A DNA stretch of 64,000 nt from Octopus sinensis (Eukaryota): positions 180,916,001-180,980,000 of the forward strand of contig NC_042997.1 in the NCBI RefSeq assembly GCF_006345805.1. Direction: 5' to 3'. A program made the translations under genes and the position numbers. This document shows, in pieces, positions 26,471 to 39,374 of the stretch (its first letter is position 1; each line of letters begins with the position of its first letter). Under the pieces are notes generated by a model. That model worked only from the letters and a program-made list of their open reading frames with translations, searched no databases and was not told the DNA's origin.

Positions 26471-28006
26471 GTTGATTGTTGATGTTGATTGTTGATTATA
26501 GTTTCAGCTCATGAGCTGTGGCCATGCTGGGGCACCGCCATTTGGTGTTGCTACTTGGTTTCACTTCATGGAGGCTTTCTAGCAACTGCTATTTGGTGCA
26601 TGAGAGAGTTCGATGCAGCTGCCCTCATCTGCCCCTCATGCCGTGAAGTTGGTTCATCTGGGACACCTGACAGGAAGAGATCCAGCTTCATTTTAAAGAC
26701 ATCTGTATCCACCCCATGCAGGTCTCTCAGGTTCTTCGGGAGGATATTGAAGAGCTGTGGGCCTCGGAAGCCCAGGCTATCACAGAATCTTGTCCTACAT
26801 CTTGATGGCAAGTTTGGAGTCCTAGGCACCACGCAGTGGCGCCCAGTTCTGGCATTTGCGTAACTCTCGATGCCAAAGTTCAGGACACTTCCCTCCAGGA
26901 TCTTCCAGATGTATATTATGGCATATCTTTCCAGCCTACGCTCCAGGGAATATGATTTTAATCTCTTGAGTCTTTCCCAGTAGCTTACATTCTGCATAGA
27001 GGCTATCTTCTTCGTGTAGCTTCGTTGGATCGCCTCAAGTTCTGTGATCAACTTGACACTGGATGGTGACCATAGCTGAGAGCAATAGTCAAAGTGGCTT
27101 AGGACAAGTGTCTTCCAGAGGACCATCATGGTTTCTTGTTCTCTTGTTCTAAAGGTTCTAAGAATCCATCCAGCCAGCCGTCTACATTTCATTGTCAGTT
27201 TAGCAACATGTACATGAAAGGTCGCGTCATCACTCATGTGAATACCCAGGTCACGCACTGATTGTGCCTCTGGGATTGCAATCCCTCCGGGTCCAGTGTA
27301 TTCATTGGGTATTGCATTCAGTTTTGCATGCTGATAGTATAAAGCTTGAAACTTTCCAGCATTGAACTGCATGCTATTCTTTTCAGCCCACTTGTATATT
27401 TCGTCCAGCTCACATTGCAGGTGTTTAGTGTCCTCAGGGTTCTGTATTGCCTGTGAAACTTTTGTATCATCTGCATAACTTGTGATCGTGGCTCTCTGCG
27501 TGGCTGAGGGCATGTCTGAGAGGGCCATTATGAACAGTAGTGGTCCCAGAACAGTGCCCTGCGGAACACCGCTCACTATTTGTGTGTTAATGGAAGTGGC
27601 CCCATTGGCTACTACCACCTGACTTCTATCCTTCAGAAAGTCATGAAGCCATTCTCCCAGTTTTCCAACTATGTTGAGATCACGCAGTTTGTGACATATC
27701 ATTCCATGATCGACTTTATCAAAGGCCTTTGCAAAGTCGAGATATATCACTTCCACATTTGAGTGGTTGAGCAGCCGTTTCAGCATCCAGTCATAGTGTT
27801 GTAGGAGCTGAGTTAAACAGATTCTCCCTGGTCGGAAACCATGTTGGGTGTCGGGCAGCAAGTCATTCTCTTCAAGGAAGGTGATCAGCTTCCTTCTGAC
27901 TATTCGTTCCATGACCTTGCTGATGTGTGAGGTCAGAGAGATAGGTCTATAGTTCTTGGCTTCCGCTCTGCTACCTCCTTTATGAATGGGGCATATTTTA
28001 CCTTCC
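26471..28006 (-). mobile_element. 5'-truncated CR1-clade LINE with intact RT C-terminal ORF, short 3' UTR and (AATCAAC)-like tail
   Basis: Open frame from EGKICPIHKGGSRAEAKNYRPISLTS through the stop at 26566; tandem gttgatt repeats at 26471-26497. Confidence 0.93.
26566..27912 (-). CDS. Reverse transcriptase (CR1/L2-like ORF2, partial)
   Basis: QHGFRPGR, YLDFAKAFDKVDH, GVPQGTVLGPLLF, YADDTK, RDLGI, HFDYCSQLWSP motifs; no internal stops over 448 aa. Confidence 0.93.
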   Translation of the reverse strand: MERIVRRKLITFLEENDLLPDTQHGFRPGRICLTQLLQHYDWMLKRLLNHSNVEVIYLDFAKAFDKVDHGMICHKLRDLNIVGKLGEWLHDFLKDRSQVVVANGATSINTQIVSGVPQGTVLGPLLFIMALSDMPSATQRATITSYADDTKVSQAIQNPEDTKHLQCELDEIYKWAEKNSMQFNAGKFQALYYQHAKLNAIPNEYTGPGGIAIPEAQSVRDLGIHMSDDATFHVHVAKLTMKCRRLAGWILRTFRTREQETMMVLWKTLVLSHFDYCSQLWSPSSVKLITELEAIQRSYTKKIASMQNVSYWERLKRLKSYSLERRLERYAIIYIWKILEGSVLNFGIESYANARTGRHCVVPRTPNLPSRCRTRFCDSLGFRGPQLFNILPKNLRDLHGVDTDVFKMKLDLFLSGVPDEPTSRHEGQMRAAASNSLMHQIAVARKPP

Positions 28007-28028
28007 TTTTACCTTCCTTTTACTTTCC

Positions 28029-28074
<46 letters not shown>

Positions 28075-28426
28075 ATATATATATACATATATATACATAT
28101 GTATATATATATATATATATAGACATATATATATATATAAAATTACATATGAATAAGTGATATAAATGTTTACATAAAAGTGTAATATCGAAGAATAACG
28201 TTAATAATTAAAGCTAGTTCACTCCCATTAAACATGCTAGAACATAAACCTTCTTTGTAAACAAGTTGTGGGCTTAATAAGGTAACTAGGTGTGCAGTAA
28301 AGAAAACAGAACATAGTTGCTACATGAATTATGGCTTTCTCAGGAACGAGCTGAAGTACACACTCTACGATAATTAATTCATAGAAAAAGGCAAATCGTG
28401 TATTACTGTTGTTCTTTATAATCTTT

Positions 28427-28771
28427 TCAGCAGCGGCTTGTATTTTTTAAAGATACGAACTTGCTTTTTTGATCTGGGGCTTTTTCTGCATATTGATAGG
28501 CTAGGAAGACGAGAAATTCGGGAGATTTCGTTTTCGTGCATGGGTCCACATGCCCATTAAGTGAAATTTGTCTAATTTTGGGATCACGTATTTGTTGACG
28601 GTGAATTTTTAATCTCATTCTTAAAGTGAATTTAGTTCGTCCGATGTAGTGTTCCCTGCATCCATAGCATTTCATAATATATATTACATTTTTCGGAGAA
28701 CAAGTAAGATGTTTTTTCACATTGAAAGCTCGTCCTGATTTAAATCTACAATTTCTCAATAAGGTTCTCAC
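28427..28771 (-). pseudogene. Second, different Penelope-like GIY-YIG endonuclease fragment (CxxC-containing, Neptune-like)
   Basis: FNVKKHLTCSPKNVIYIMKCYGCREHYIGRTKFTLRMRLKIHRQQI fits the TC..NVIY..C..C..YIG.T..L..R..H pattern. Confidence 0.75.
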
Positions 28772-29792
28772 AAGTCCACATTTTTTAACTGTTGAAGTTG
28801 ACTCCGTTGTTGGTATTTTCGCATCGGTAAGTAGTTTCTATAGGGATTTATATTGTCATTTCCATTTGATTATTATATATGTAAATACTTGCTTCAGAAA
28901 TATTTAATGCCTAGAATGTATTTATCACATGTCAGGTAAACGGAATTACTTATGTGCATCATGATCTCGTTCCATCTGGCTTTGTGCTCTACTATGAATA
29001 TCAAAGGTTAAAGAAAAAACAAGTCACGAACTGTGAATAGACAAAAAAGGACGCTAAAACGAAGTCTGGTTTTGTAATTTTATTATATTTACGTAGCATA
29101 GGTGAGGGGAAAACACGCAAACCATATATGTATATATATGATATGTGTGTGCGCATAGGTATGTGTGTGTGTGTGTGTGTGTGTTTATTAAATTTTTCCA
29201 AGTTCCAGTTTGCTCGCTTTCACTTGAGTTTTTTGCTCTTCTGCAAGTTTTTGACGAGTGTGAAATAATAATTAAATATGTTATAACTAGGCAGGGATGT
29301 AGCTGTTTAGAAGGGAGAGACAGAGTAGGATATAATGATCATATGATTTTCAAGCGTGTAGGTTAATAGAAAGTTACTGTAGAGAGATTATATTTGGTTT
29401 GATGTAGTAGTTGGTATTGCTTAGTGCAGCGTGGAAGTAACTGTAAACACTTGAAACAAATTTAGTTGTAACGAATTCAGGTCATGACATTATTTGTGTC
29501 AACATTTGTCTTTTTCTCTGTTTTTGCGTTTTATGTTTGTCAAAAGAACGTTTGTAGATAAATTAATTATTCGCAAAGCACAGGGTAGACTCAGGGTGAG
29601 CTGGTTTGCTGTTATTTCATTTCTATTAAATTTAAAACAGTATGTTTTGGGAAAGTTGGAATTGAAAATTTTGTTAAAATAAATAATTACTGGGGTTTCT
29701 ACTGGGTTGATTTTTATTCGTTTTCTATTATTGTACATATATGCATACATCTAAGATATAAAGGATTGTGTGTGAGTGTGCGCGTGTGTGCG

Positions 29793-29841
<49 letters not shown>

Positions 29842-30204
29842 ATACATATATATATATATATATACATAATGATAGAATCTCCCGTTGAAGATAACGCATG
29901 ACTGTTCAGTTTTTACTGAACGACCTGCACATATAATATGTTTATATTGATCAAATGCATGTGCTCTACATTAGCTAACCCCTTCAATAGATTCGACGTT
30001 GCAATAACAAGTTCATCGTGTACCACACGTTAGGTGACGAAGTTATCGCAGAGCAACGAGAGATGAAATGGTTTGTTCAATACATAGATAGACAGACAAA
30101 GAGACAGGCGTGATTCATATGAACCTGCTTATAAATGAATACACCTACGAAAAATACATCAATCCTTACGCGTTCAACTAGATGTAACGTCATGCAGGTA
30201 CACG

Positions 30205-30486
30205 CAGGAATTTGAGTGAGGCAGAGAGAACGAAGGTTTTTCAAAAATTCACAAAATCATTAAATTTTATTGACATCAATGTGTTTGTATTAAATTAGTA
30301 TTTGTCAAAATTAAGTGTGGAAAATAACATCCATTATGTGGTGACCGTTTTTATTGATGCATTTCTGAAGGCATTCTTGGAAGTTAGCCTCCACTTTCTC
30401 CAGCATTGTTCTGTCGACTTTGATAAAAAATTATATCTACTTTTCTGACGAAAACAATGCCGTTCTGAACATTTTGGCCGCCACTG
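30205..30486 (-). mobile_element. Internally deleted Tc1/mariner remnant
   Basis: The minus strand begins TA|CAGTGGCGGCCAAAATGTTCAG (Tc1-like TIR) and contains TMLEKVEANFQECLQKCINKNGHHIMDVIFHT*, resembling a mariner-type transposase C-terminus. The second TIR was not found. Confidence 0.55.
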
Positions 30487-30514
30487 TATACATATATGTG
30501 TGTGTGTGTGTGTT

Positions 30515-30775
30515 TGTGTGTGGGTGTGTTTGTGTGTGTATATTTATATGTGTGTCTGTGTTTGTCCCCACCCCACCCCACCATCGCTTGGCAATCGATG
30601 CTGATACGTTCTGTTCCCGTAACTTAGCAGTTCAGCAAGAGATACCGTTAGAGTAAGTACAAAGCTTACAAAGAATAAGTCCTGGGATCGATTTCTGCGA
30701 CTAAAATCGTTTAAGGCACCGCTCCAGCATGGCCGCACTCAGATGACTGAAACAAGTAAAAGAATAAAAGAATAC
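30515..30775 (+). mobile_element. SINE family A, 3' half
   Basis: Body and tail ...ccagcatggccgcactcagatgactgaaacaagtaaaagaat. Confidence 0.85.
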
Positions 30776-31029
30776 AGACTATTGTACATTCTCTCTCACA
30801 AATACGTACACATAAGCGCATATTCTGATAACATCGTAGTTTCTGCGTTCATTAGAATACGTTGTTTAGAATCATATCCAATTTTTATTACATTTATGAT
30901 TGACTATTCTGTCATTTTCGAGACGTGAGTGACAATTTAAATGAGAATGGTGCTATTACAAGGTTTCAGTTTGTCGACTAATCAGCTTAAATTGCCATCA
31001 TATGTTCACATTATAAGATAGCTCACAGG

Positions 31030-31205
31030 GAGAGAATGCTAAGCGGCATTTTGTCCGTCAGTACGTTGTAAGTTCAAATTCCGCCGAGTTCGACTTAACC
31101 TTTCGGGGTCGATAAAATAAATACCAGTTGAGCACTGGGGTCGATGTAATCGATTGACATTCTCCCCACAAAATTTCAGGCCTTGTGCCTGTAGTAGAAA
31201 GCATT
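31030..31205 (+). mobile_element. SINE family B, degenerate
   Basis: gttcaaattccgccgag...ggggtcgat...ggccttgtgcctgtagtagaaag. Confidence 0.8.
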
Positions 31206-32524
31206 ATTCACTCCTAGAGGGAACTGACCTCAATGAATTCCTCTATAATTTCTCATATCACAAGTTTTAAGAATCATGACGATGGCAATATGTCTCGAAC
31301 TCAAAGAAATATTATCCCTGCATTATATAGTATATCACAGCTACTATAAATAATTATCAATTGCTAAGACACTCACGAGTAAACATTTGATACTATTTTT
31401 TTACGACTTGTGTTTTTCTTTATGATGCTGATCATATAATTGAAGTGAAATAACAAGAAACCGGAACCGGGTTGTGAATTGTCTAGACAAGCGCTTATCC
31501 CTCTTAAGGCGAGCGAAAAATTTAAAAAAATTAAAATAGTAAGAATATATGTTCGAGTATTGTGGATATTTTTACATTGTGTCTAAGACACATTATACAT
31601 ATGGAAAATAGACGTGGATTGAATGTGTAAATAATTTACAGGAGAAAGGAAACAGTCATTTCCTAAACTCAATAAGACAACTCAGAAATGCAATGAAATG
31701 TATCGCTTCGTTCTCTAACTGAGATGGAATTCTGTATCTCCTAGAATATATTCTAACATTTACGACACAAACAACGATGCTGAGAAATGGCTACTTTTAT
31801 TTATATATCATGCGATCCTTTTTAACTTTATCGCTTATATTTGCTTAGGTGTTCCTTTTCGTATTGTTTTCCCCATTTTTTTTATTATTATCTTCCTTTA
31901 TCCTTTTCCTTTTATTGTCATTTTTCTAAACAAAATGCTTTATTACTGCAACCATAAATAAAACTTCAAAAATCTACAATAAAAACGGGGAAGAATTTAA
32001 CGGAAAAATAAAACAAAACTAGAAAACAACCTTGGGGGAACTGTAAATGTTGCGGACCAAAAGCTACAAGTGAATGCTGCATAATTACTGCAAGCTACCA
32101 AAGGTTTGCCGAATCAATAAATAAGTGGAAAAAAATATTTTCAAACATATATAGCATTAAAACATTACGTGAAAAATGTTAAAAGTAAATGCTTAAATAA
32201 TGCAACATTGAATGCAGGTTTGTAGAATATTCAGTACAGAAGTTCTTGTGTATAGTCAGTAATCTGATTGTCAAGGCTTAGCAAAAAGATAAAATTAAAC
32301 AGCAAAAGAAAACAAGGTGAACTGATAATATTGGCAGCATTGTCTGTATGAAGATACGCCAAAAGAACTGAATATTGTGTGCATAGCGAAACTGTTCATG
32401 ATAAGTAGTAGAAAGAAGAGATTGTTTTAAAGGGAGGCAGAAGGGGGTGGGGGCTGAATGACAGTGAAATGATAAATCAGGAGATAGTGACATATATATA
32501 TGTATGAATGTGTGTGTTTATACA

Positions 32525-33510
32525 TCTAAATATATAAAGTTGTAGCTTCTGTTTGTTTTTGAATTTTTCCATGGGTTTTTGGAGATAGGCCCCCATAACC
32601 ATATATATTCTGAAACTACGTTACTCAGAGTACTTGGATAAGTATATTTCATTTTGATAAAAGTGGTCCCCGGGGGGGGGCACAAACAAACGCCCCCCCC
32701 CCGAAAAACTTTTTCCCATTGCTTTAAATGAAATTTAAACCATAGGTAAATGAACAGAAATGATACCTGTTCCCCAAATATCAGCAAATCTCAATAATAT
32801 TAAGACACCCTAATGGGGGCTAAACCCCCTTATATCGCAAATTTTGGAAGCCTATAGCTTGAGTATTTGAACATCTATTATCACGGGGTTATTCTATTAA
32901 TTTTACGTAAAACAACAAAATTACCTCTCTTTTATGAAAAGAAATTCCACAAATATACGTATTTTATCTATGACAAAACATCACTAGAATTATGGCGAGA
33001 AATATAAGTGAATGCCTCTACTTTTTTAACATTTTCTCTTCAATAATTGTTCTTCAGACACCAATTATGCCCCGGAAAAAGAAGTTCCCTTATGCAAATA
33101 CTGGGCATGCTCAAAGGATGAAGCTTCGTCGTCAACCAGAAAGCTGTGATGCAAGGGAAGAACGACTTTCTAGGCAAAGTCAAAGACAAAGAGATTCTCG
33201 TCAATCTGAAAGCTGTGATGCAAACGACTTACAACTTTCTAAACAAAGACAAAGGCAAACAGAGTCTCGGCAAAATGAAACCTTTGGTGAGTGTAAAAAA
33301 AGACACTCAAAGACAAAGCAAGATATCTTTCGCCATATAATTGCAAGAAGAAATGAGTCTGAAGAAGAGAGAAAACAGCGTTTGATTGCTGATAGAAACA
33401 GGCATAAAAATTTAAGATAACGTGAGTTTCGAAATACTAAACGTTCAGCATTACTGTGTGATAAAAATTACCCAAGTAGCAAGGCTGCAATTGAAGAAAT
33501 GACCACCAAA
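32525..33510 (+). mobile_element. Helitron 5' fragment with N-terminal STPR-like ~23-aa repeats
   Basis: Starts A|TCTAAATATATAAAG with a G/C hairpin at ~32670-32702. ORF 32992-33420 has ESCDAREERLSRQSQRQRDSRQS / ESCDANDLQLSKQRQRQTESRQN / ESEEERKQRL repeats typical of animal RepHel N-termini. Confidence 0.6.
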
Positions 33511-33698
33511 GAACAGTGAAATATCACGATTGTAGGATTTCGGGACTTATCAATTGTGCTACTAAATCCCGATCAACGTCGGGTATGCCTGCTAGTATTT
33601 ATATATATATATCCACGCACCTAAACACACATGCATATATGCACAGACACACACATATATATATATATATATTATATATATATATATATATATCGAGA

Positions 33699-33729
<31 letters not shown>

Positions 33730-36062
33730 GGAAGGAAATGAGTGCTTGCAACACTGACACATGGCGCGATTTTCAAGTTTCCACACAACCAACTATGTTT
33801 AAGTTGTAACAACTTTGTTCAAGGAGGTTTGAAATGAAATGCTATACTGTTTGTACACGTTATCTGTTCACAACACTGCCATCGTTGGGTTTCCCAATAA
33901 TTGTTGATAACTCGTTGAGTTTATGATTATTGGTTGTTCAATTTATTATCATTTGTTACATATACAACCATTTACCAATTGTAGCAGTGCATATACTCTT
34001 TTATGATTTTATTTCAATAAATATTGAGTTTTACAAACTCTCTTTGTTATTTATGTCTAACCATATGTTAATACTTTGGTCACTGCTTATTTTAAGGTCT
34101 TTATTCAGTCATATAATATCACTGACCATTTGCTTTATTACAGACACCCACATACACACAAATACACGCACACCGACATGTAAGCACACATATATATATA
34201 TACACAAACACACACAGGGTAAGTTAAAAGTGTACTCTAATGAAAGCTAATTCTGGGATTATTGTTATGTAGTCGTAGCTTGACAACTATTGCATGATAA
34301 TTACTTCGTTTAATGTAGAAAAAATGTACGTTGAAGTTGTAGAATGATCCATAGAGTAAAAAGAAACGGGAAGAAGGAAAAACATCTTTAGTGGCAGATC
34401 CAAGAATGGGGTTTCCAAGTCCATTTGAGTTACTTTACTTTACTTTACAGACGTTGCAAATGTCACTTATAAAGTGTGAAAGTCATATAGTCTAGTTCTC
34501 CTATTTAACAACTTTGGAAAATTACTAATAAACAGCTCTTTGTTTTTCATTTATTTCTTTAGTAACTTTAAAAAACAAAATGAAAATCGATTAGTTAGAT
34601 AAGAACCAAGTAGCATTTTCTCTGAAGAGACATGACATTTCAAGACTTTAAAACTTGGTTGGGTGGGAATGTACGATAGTATATATAAATCTATACAAAG
34701 GTGATGGGGATTTTCCCAGTAGTTACCTTAACCAAATTTTCGTTGTAATTTATCTATTACTTCTACTGCAGCGCCTGCAGTCGAGAGAAAATCTTAAAGG
34801 GGCAACAACATTCACGCATGAAGCAGACTAATATTCGAATTATATATATATATATATAATACATACCAGCATGGAGTTTTATGTAAAAGGAAATGCACTT
34901 CTAATAGATGAGTTGATGAATCTGATGAATACCATATGTGCATTAAAACACAACTGTGATGATGTTTGAGAAACATTAATCATGGATAGACAAAGAAGAA
35001 ACAAATAATGTGCAGAACTTGACACATCTCTTGTGGTAGATATTTATCAACGAGAGAGAAGATAGGATAATACATCCAATTAATTTTACTATAGACGTCT
35101 TCACGTTTTATTTTTTTTACTGTCAGTATTTTCCCCTTTTACTCCTTTGATTATATATTCCAGTTATATTTAACTTGATGCCTTAAGACTATTTATTTTA
35201 TGCACATACAACGGAATTGTCTCATCTAAAATAACACGATATCTCTTTATTTCATCTTTAATTATTTCTGAGGGTTTAGCTCCTTCCGGTACGCAGTTGT
35301 AAACACAGTCGTTTTTTCCACGTCTCCATTATATTCTCTTTTACCTGAAATGTGATTCGTTAATTCCTGCTTTTTTTTACTTTTGATTCTTCTTCAAAAA
35401 ATTCTTTAGCAAACTGTTGATATTATATTATGGATGACAGAGATTCTCAAAGATCATCCCACCTTTATCTTATCTTATTCTGCTTCACAGATATCGTTAC
35501 ACTGCTTGCTTTTATATTTATTTATTTCTAGCGATCTGGTTCAATGAATGAGTTTCTTCGTACATATTGTTGTGTGGACGCCCTCAGATGATGTAGTAGG
35601 CTAGCCCAATACGTAGATATAGTGGGAGAAGCCAAGACTTCAGAGTTCAGACTAAAGAGTAGTAGAAGCAGAGTAGCAGTGAGAGTTGAGTAGTAGAGGC
35701 ATCCGAACGTGCGACATACATATATATGCTTTTATTTTGTTTCACTTATATCATCAGAGATAAAATTCCATATTACCTATCAGTAGCATAATACTAGAGT
35801 TCAAAATATTTCACTAGCTACACGCAGAAAGACAAAATGAAAACCAAAATATTATCATTAGCTCATTTTTTGATAAATTAGTACTGGAATGCTAAATGTA
35901 TTGATATATTTCATATATAGCAACAATTAGCTCTAGTGTTCTTCAGTTTTTTATGCAATTCATTTTGTCAATATCTCAGTATATTTTTTCGAAAAGTTAT
36001 GCTCGTTTATATTATAATTTATGAGCTGTATTCTATATAGGAATTTGTCTTCTCCAAAAACC

Positions 36063-36420
36063 ATTTTGTAAAAAAGCTGATATGATCCAAATAGAATTAA
36101 TTTCAAATGATCTCAAAATGAGAAAATATCGCATGCATTTACATTCAAGAGGGAAGTCATATTTTATTGACACAAATCTAAATCAATGTTGTCACAATAT
36201 TACTGGAAGTGCCATAGCCAACGAAGTATTCCAAAGATGTAATTTTGTAAAAAAGCTGATATGATCCAAATAGAATTAATTTCAAATGATCTCAAAATGA
36301 GAAAATATCGCATGCATTTACATTCAAGAGGGAAGTCATATTTTATTGACACAAATCTAAATCAATGTTGTCACAATATTACTGGAAGTGCCATAGCCAA
36401 CGAAGTATTCCAAAGATGTA
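36063..36420 (+). repeat. Perfect 179-bp tandem duplication
   Basis: 36063-36241 is identical to 36242-36420, giving duplicate ORFs at 36082 and 36261. Confidence 0.95.
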
Positions 36421-36890
36421 ATTTTAATGGAAACATCATTACCAAAATCATCAAATCTACTTAACTGCTGCATTCAGTCTTTGGAGGCCACACTCCAGAC
36501 GCTTTTTGTAGTCATTCGTCGTCATATGTCTTTGATCTCTGTTTTACATAGCTGGGTCGCAATGTTATCAGTCCAAAATCCACTCTGCCTGCCCCTGCTT
36601 TGCCCACCCTCAAATCCGGTTCCCGACAGAACGGGCATTTTATGTCTTGGCTGTATCTTTATTTCGGCATTTCAGTGTACCTGAGAAATACTTGAGAAAT
36701 TCTCTCCAACCGTTCAGCCCTTCACCTAGTCCAGTCTGCTAGAAAAAGCAGTTAACAGGATGTAGCTGAGAATGGTTTCGCAACCAAAAGTGAGAGCCTG
36801 GTGAGAACTAGAGTGCACACACCAACCCACAACCACTCCCACACCCATATATATATATATATATATTATATATATAATATATATATATAT

Positions 36891-36927
<37 letters not shown>

Positions 36928-36944
36928 CATGTATTCTGGGTCTC

Positions 36945-36975
<31 letters not shown>

Positions 36976-37041
36976 CTGTGTATATATATATATATATATA
37001 TATACTGTATATATATATACTGTGTATATATATATATATAG

Positions 37042-37087
<46 letters not shown>

Positions 37088-37104
37088 CATGTATCCTGGG
37101 TCTC

Positions 37105-37150
<46 letters not shown>

Positions 37151-37361
37151 CTCATATGTATATTATGTATATATATGTATATATCATATATATATATATA
37201 TATATATTATATTAATTAGAGATAAAACCACTATTAGGCAAATCATACAATGAAAAACGTAAGCCAATACATAAGATTAATTAATTTATATTATTTTAAA
37301 TATATATCAAAATTATCAAAAAAAGATAATTAGTATAACACTATATATATATATATATATA

Positions 37362-37556
37362 AGCACAGGAGCGGCTATAGACGCAGCAGTGGCAGTGTGG
37401 TAAGTAGCTTGCTTCCCAACAACATGGTCTCAGGTTCAGTCCCACTGCATAGCACTTGACCAAGTATCTTCTACTATAGCTTCGGGCAGATCAAATCCTT
37501 GTTTGTGGATTTGGTAGACGGAAACTGAAAGTAGCGCGTCGTAGACATATATATAA

Positions 37557-37598
<42 letters not shown>

Positions 37599-37765
37599 TG
37601 TGTGTGTGTGTTTGTCTGTGTTTATCCCCCTACCATCGCTTGACGACCGATGTTGGTGTGTTAACGTCGGCAAAAGACCGATAGAATAAGTACTAGGCTA
37701 CACACAGTATAAGTCCTGGGGTCGATTGTTCGACTAAAAGGCGGTGCTCCAGCATGGAGAATAAA
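37362..37765 (+). mobile_element. SINE family A
   Basis: Head, CA/TG tract, body and ggcggtgctccagcatgg tail. Confidence 0.85.
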
Positions 37766-37803
37766 AGAATACACACACACACACACACATACAAACACAC
37801 ATA

Positions 37804-37865
<62 letters not shown>

Positions 37866-38943
37866 CACGGTGGTTGTCACTAGATAAATACGCAATGTAT
37901 GATAGTAATTAGTTAAATAATTGAATGATTCTTCTGACCAAACATTTTCTCATATATTGCGTTAAAGTACGGAAATGTAATATGTGCAAATGTGTATATA
38001 CTCGACTTCATTTACGAATGAAAAAAAAAATAATAAACTTCTTAAAATTTCACGAAGTTTTCGGTTCATTTTCAGTGGAAGGCTTCCGGGAAAATTACAC
38101 TTTCAATTGCTTCTCTTCGACTTTTCCTTTTGAGTGAAATTTGGTAATAGAAAAATGTCACTTGGAATGTACTAGTAATTCAAGAACCCATTCTCCTGAC
38201 ACTGTGTTACAATGAAGAGCACACGTCAGTGGAGTACGCATCCAACTAATGGTTAGCTCCTGTCAGCATTCGAACACGTGTACTTAAATCATTGAAAATT
38301 GTGTCACTTTGAAAGTACTAATACCAAGTAAATTCAGTTAAACTGTTTTTGCTTCCAAACATATATATGAAATGTCCTACACGCCCACGAAATTTTACCT
38401 CATGAGGAAGTCATTCAACTGTTATTAAATACATATATGTACGTATGCATGTATGTATGCATGTTTGTGTGTTTCTGTGTGTGTGTTTCTGTGTGTGTGT
38501 GTGTGTGTGTATGTGTGTGTGTGTGTAGCTGACCAAGTGAGAGAAAGTAACACTAAACGTATCTAGCGGACTCATAATTTAAAATTATGTCGATTTGGTA
38601 TACCCTCAAAACCCCAGATATATAAACAGAATAGAAAAGAACAACTATATATCTTAAAATTGAGAAAATTACCACTTTATAGCTCTTTACATATTTAGAA
38701 ATTCATAGTTTTATTTTACATGTGGGTATATTTTCAATAATTAGATACATTAACTATTATCCTAATAACTATAGATTAATCGCATCATTCTTAAATTGAC
38801 TATTTAAATTAACATAAAATGTTTAATATTAATATTAATATAGGAATGAACTACGAGATTAATAAACAGTTGACCTACGAAGTCTACTTTAGCTTATAGA
38901 TTTTCTATATGAACAAGCATTGATTTAGGAATGATGTATATAT

Positions 38944-39172
38944 ACTCTTTTACTCTCTTTTACTTGTTTCAGTCATTTGACTGCGGCCATGCTGAAGCAC
39001 CGCCTTTAGTCGAGCAACTCGACCCCGGGACTTGTTATTTTTGTAAGCCCAGTACTTATTCTATCGGTCTCTTTTTGCCGAACCGCTAAGTGACGGGGAC
39101 GTAAACACACCAGCATCGGTTGTCAAGCAATGCTAGGGCAACAAACACAGACACACAAACACACACACATAC

Positions 39173-39236
<64 letters not shown>

Positions 39237-39374
39237 GACAGGCTTCTTTCAGTTTCCGTCTACCAAATCCACTCACAAGGCATTGGTCGGCCCGGGGCTA
39301 TAGCAGAAGACACTTGCCCAAGATGCCATGCAGTGGGACTGAACCCGGGACCATGTGGTTGGTTAGCAAGCTAC
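38944..39374 (-). mobile_element. SINE family A, interrupted in its head; the remaining 5' end is at 41439-41474
   Basis: The head breaks at ...ggttagcaagctac and resumes as ttagcaagctacataccacacagccactcctgcgcc. Confidence 0.92.

Noticed and set aside
28310-28350. Degenerate hammerhead-like string downstream of the second GIY-YIG
   Set aside because: Needs several corrections in the core; not supportable.
35568-35720. TGT...ACA segment resembling a solo LTR
   Set aside because: Short, with no convincing TSD and no second copy in the window.
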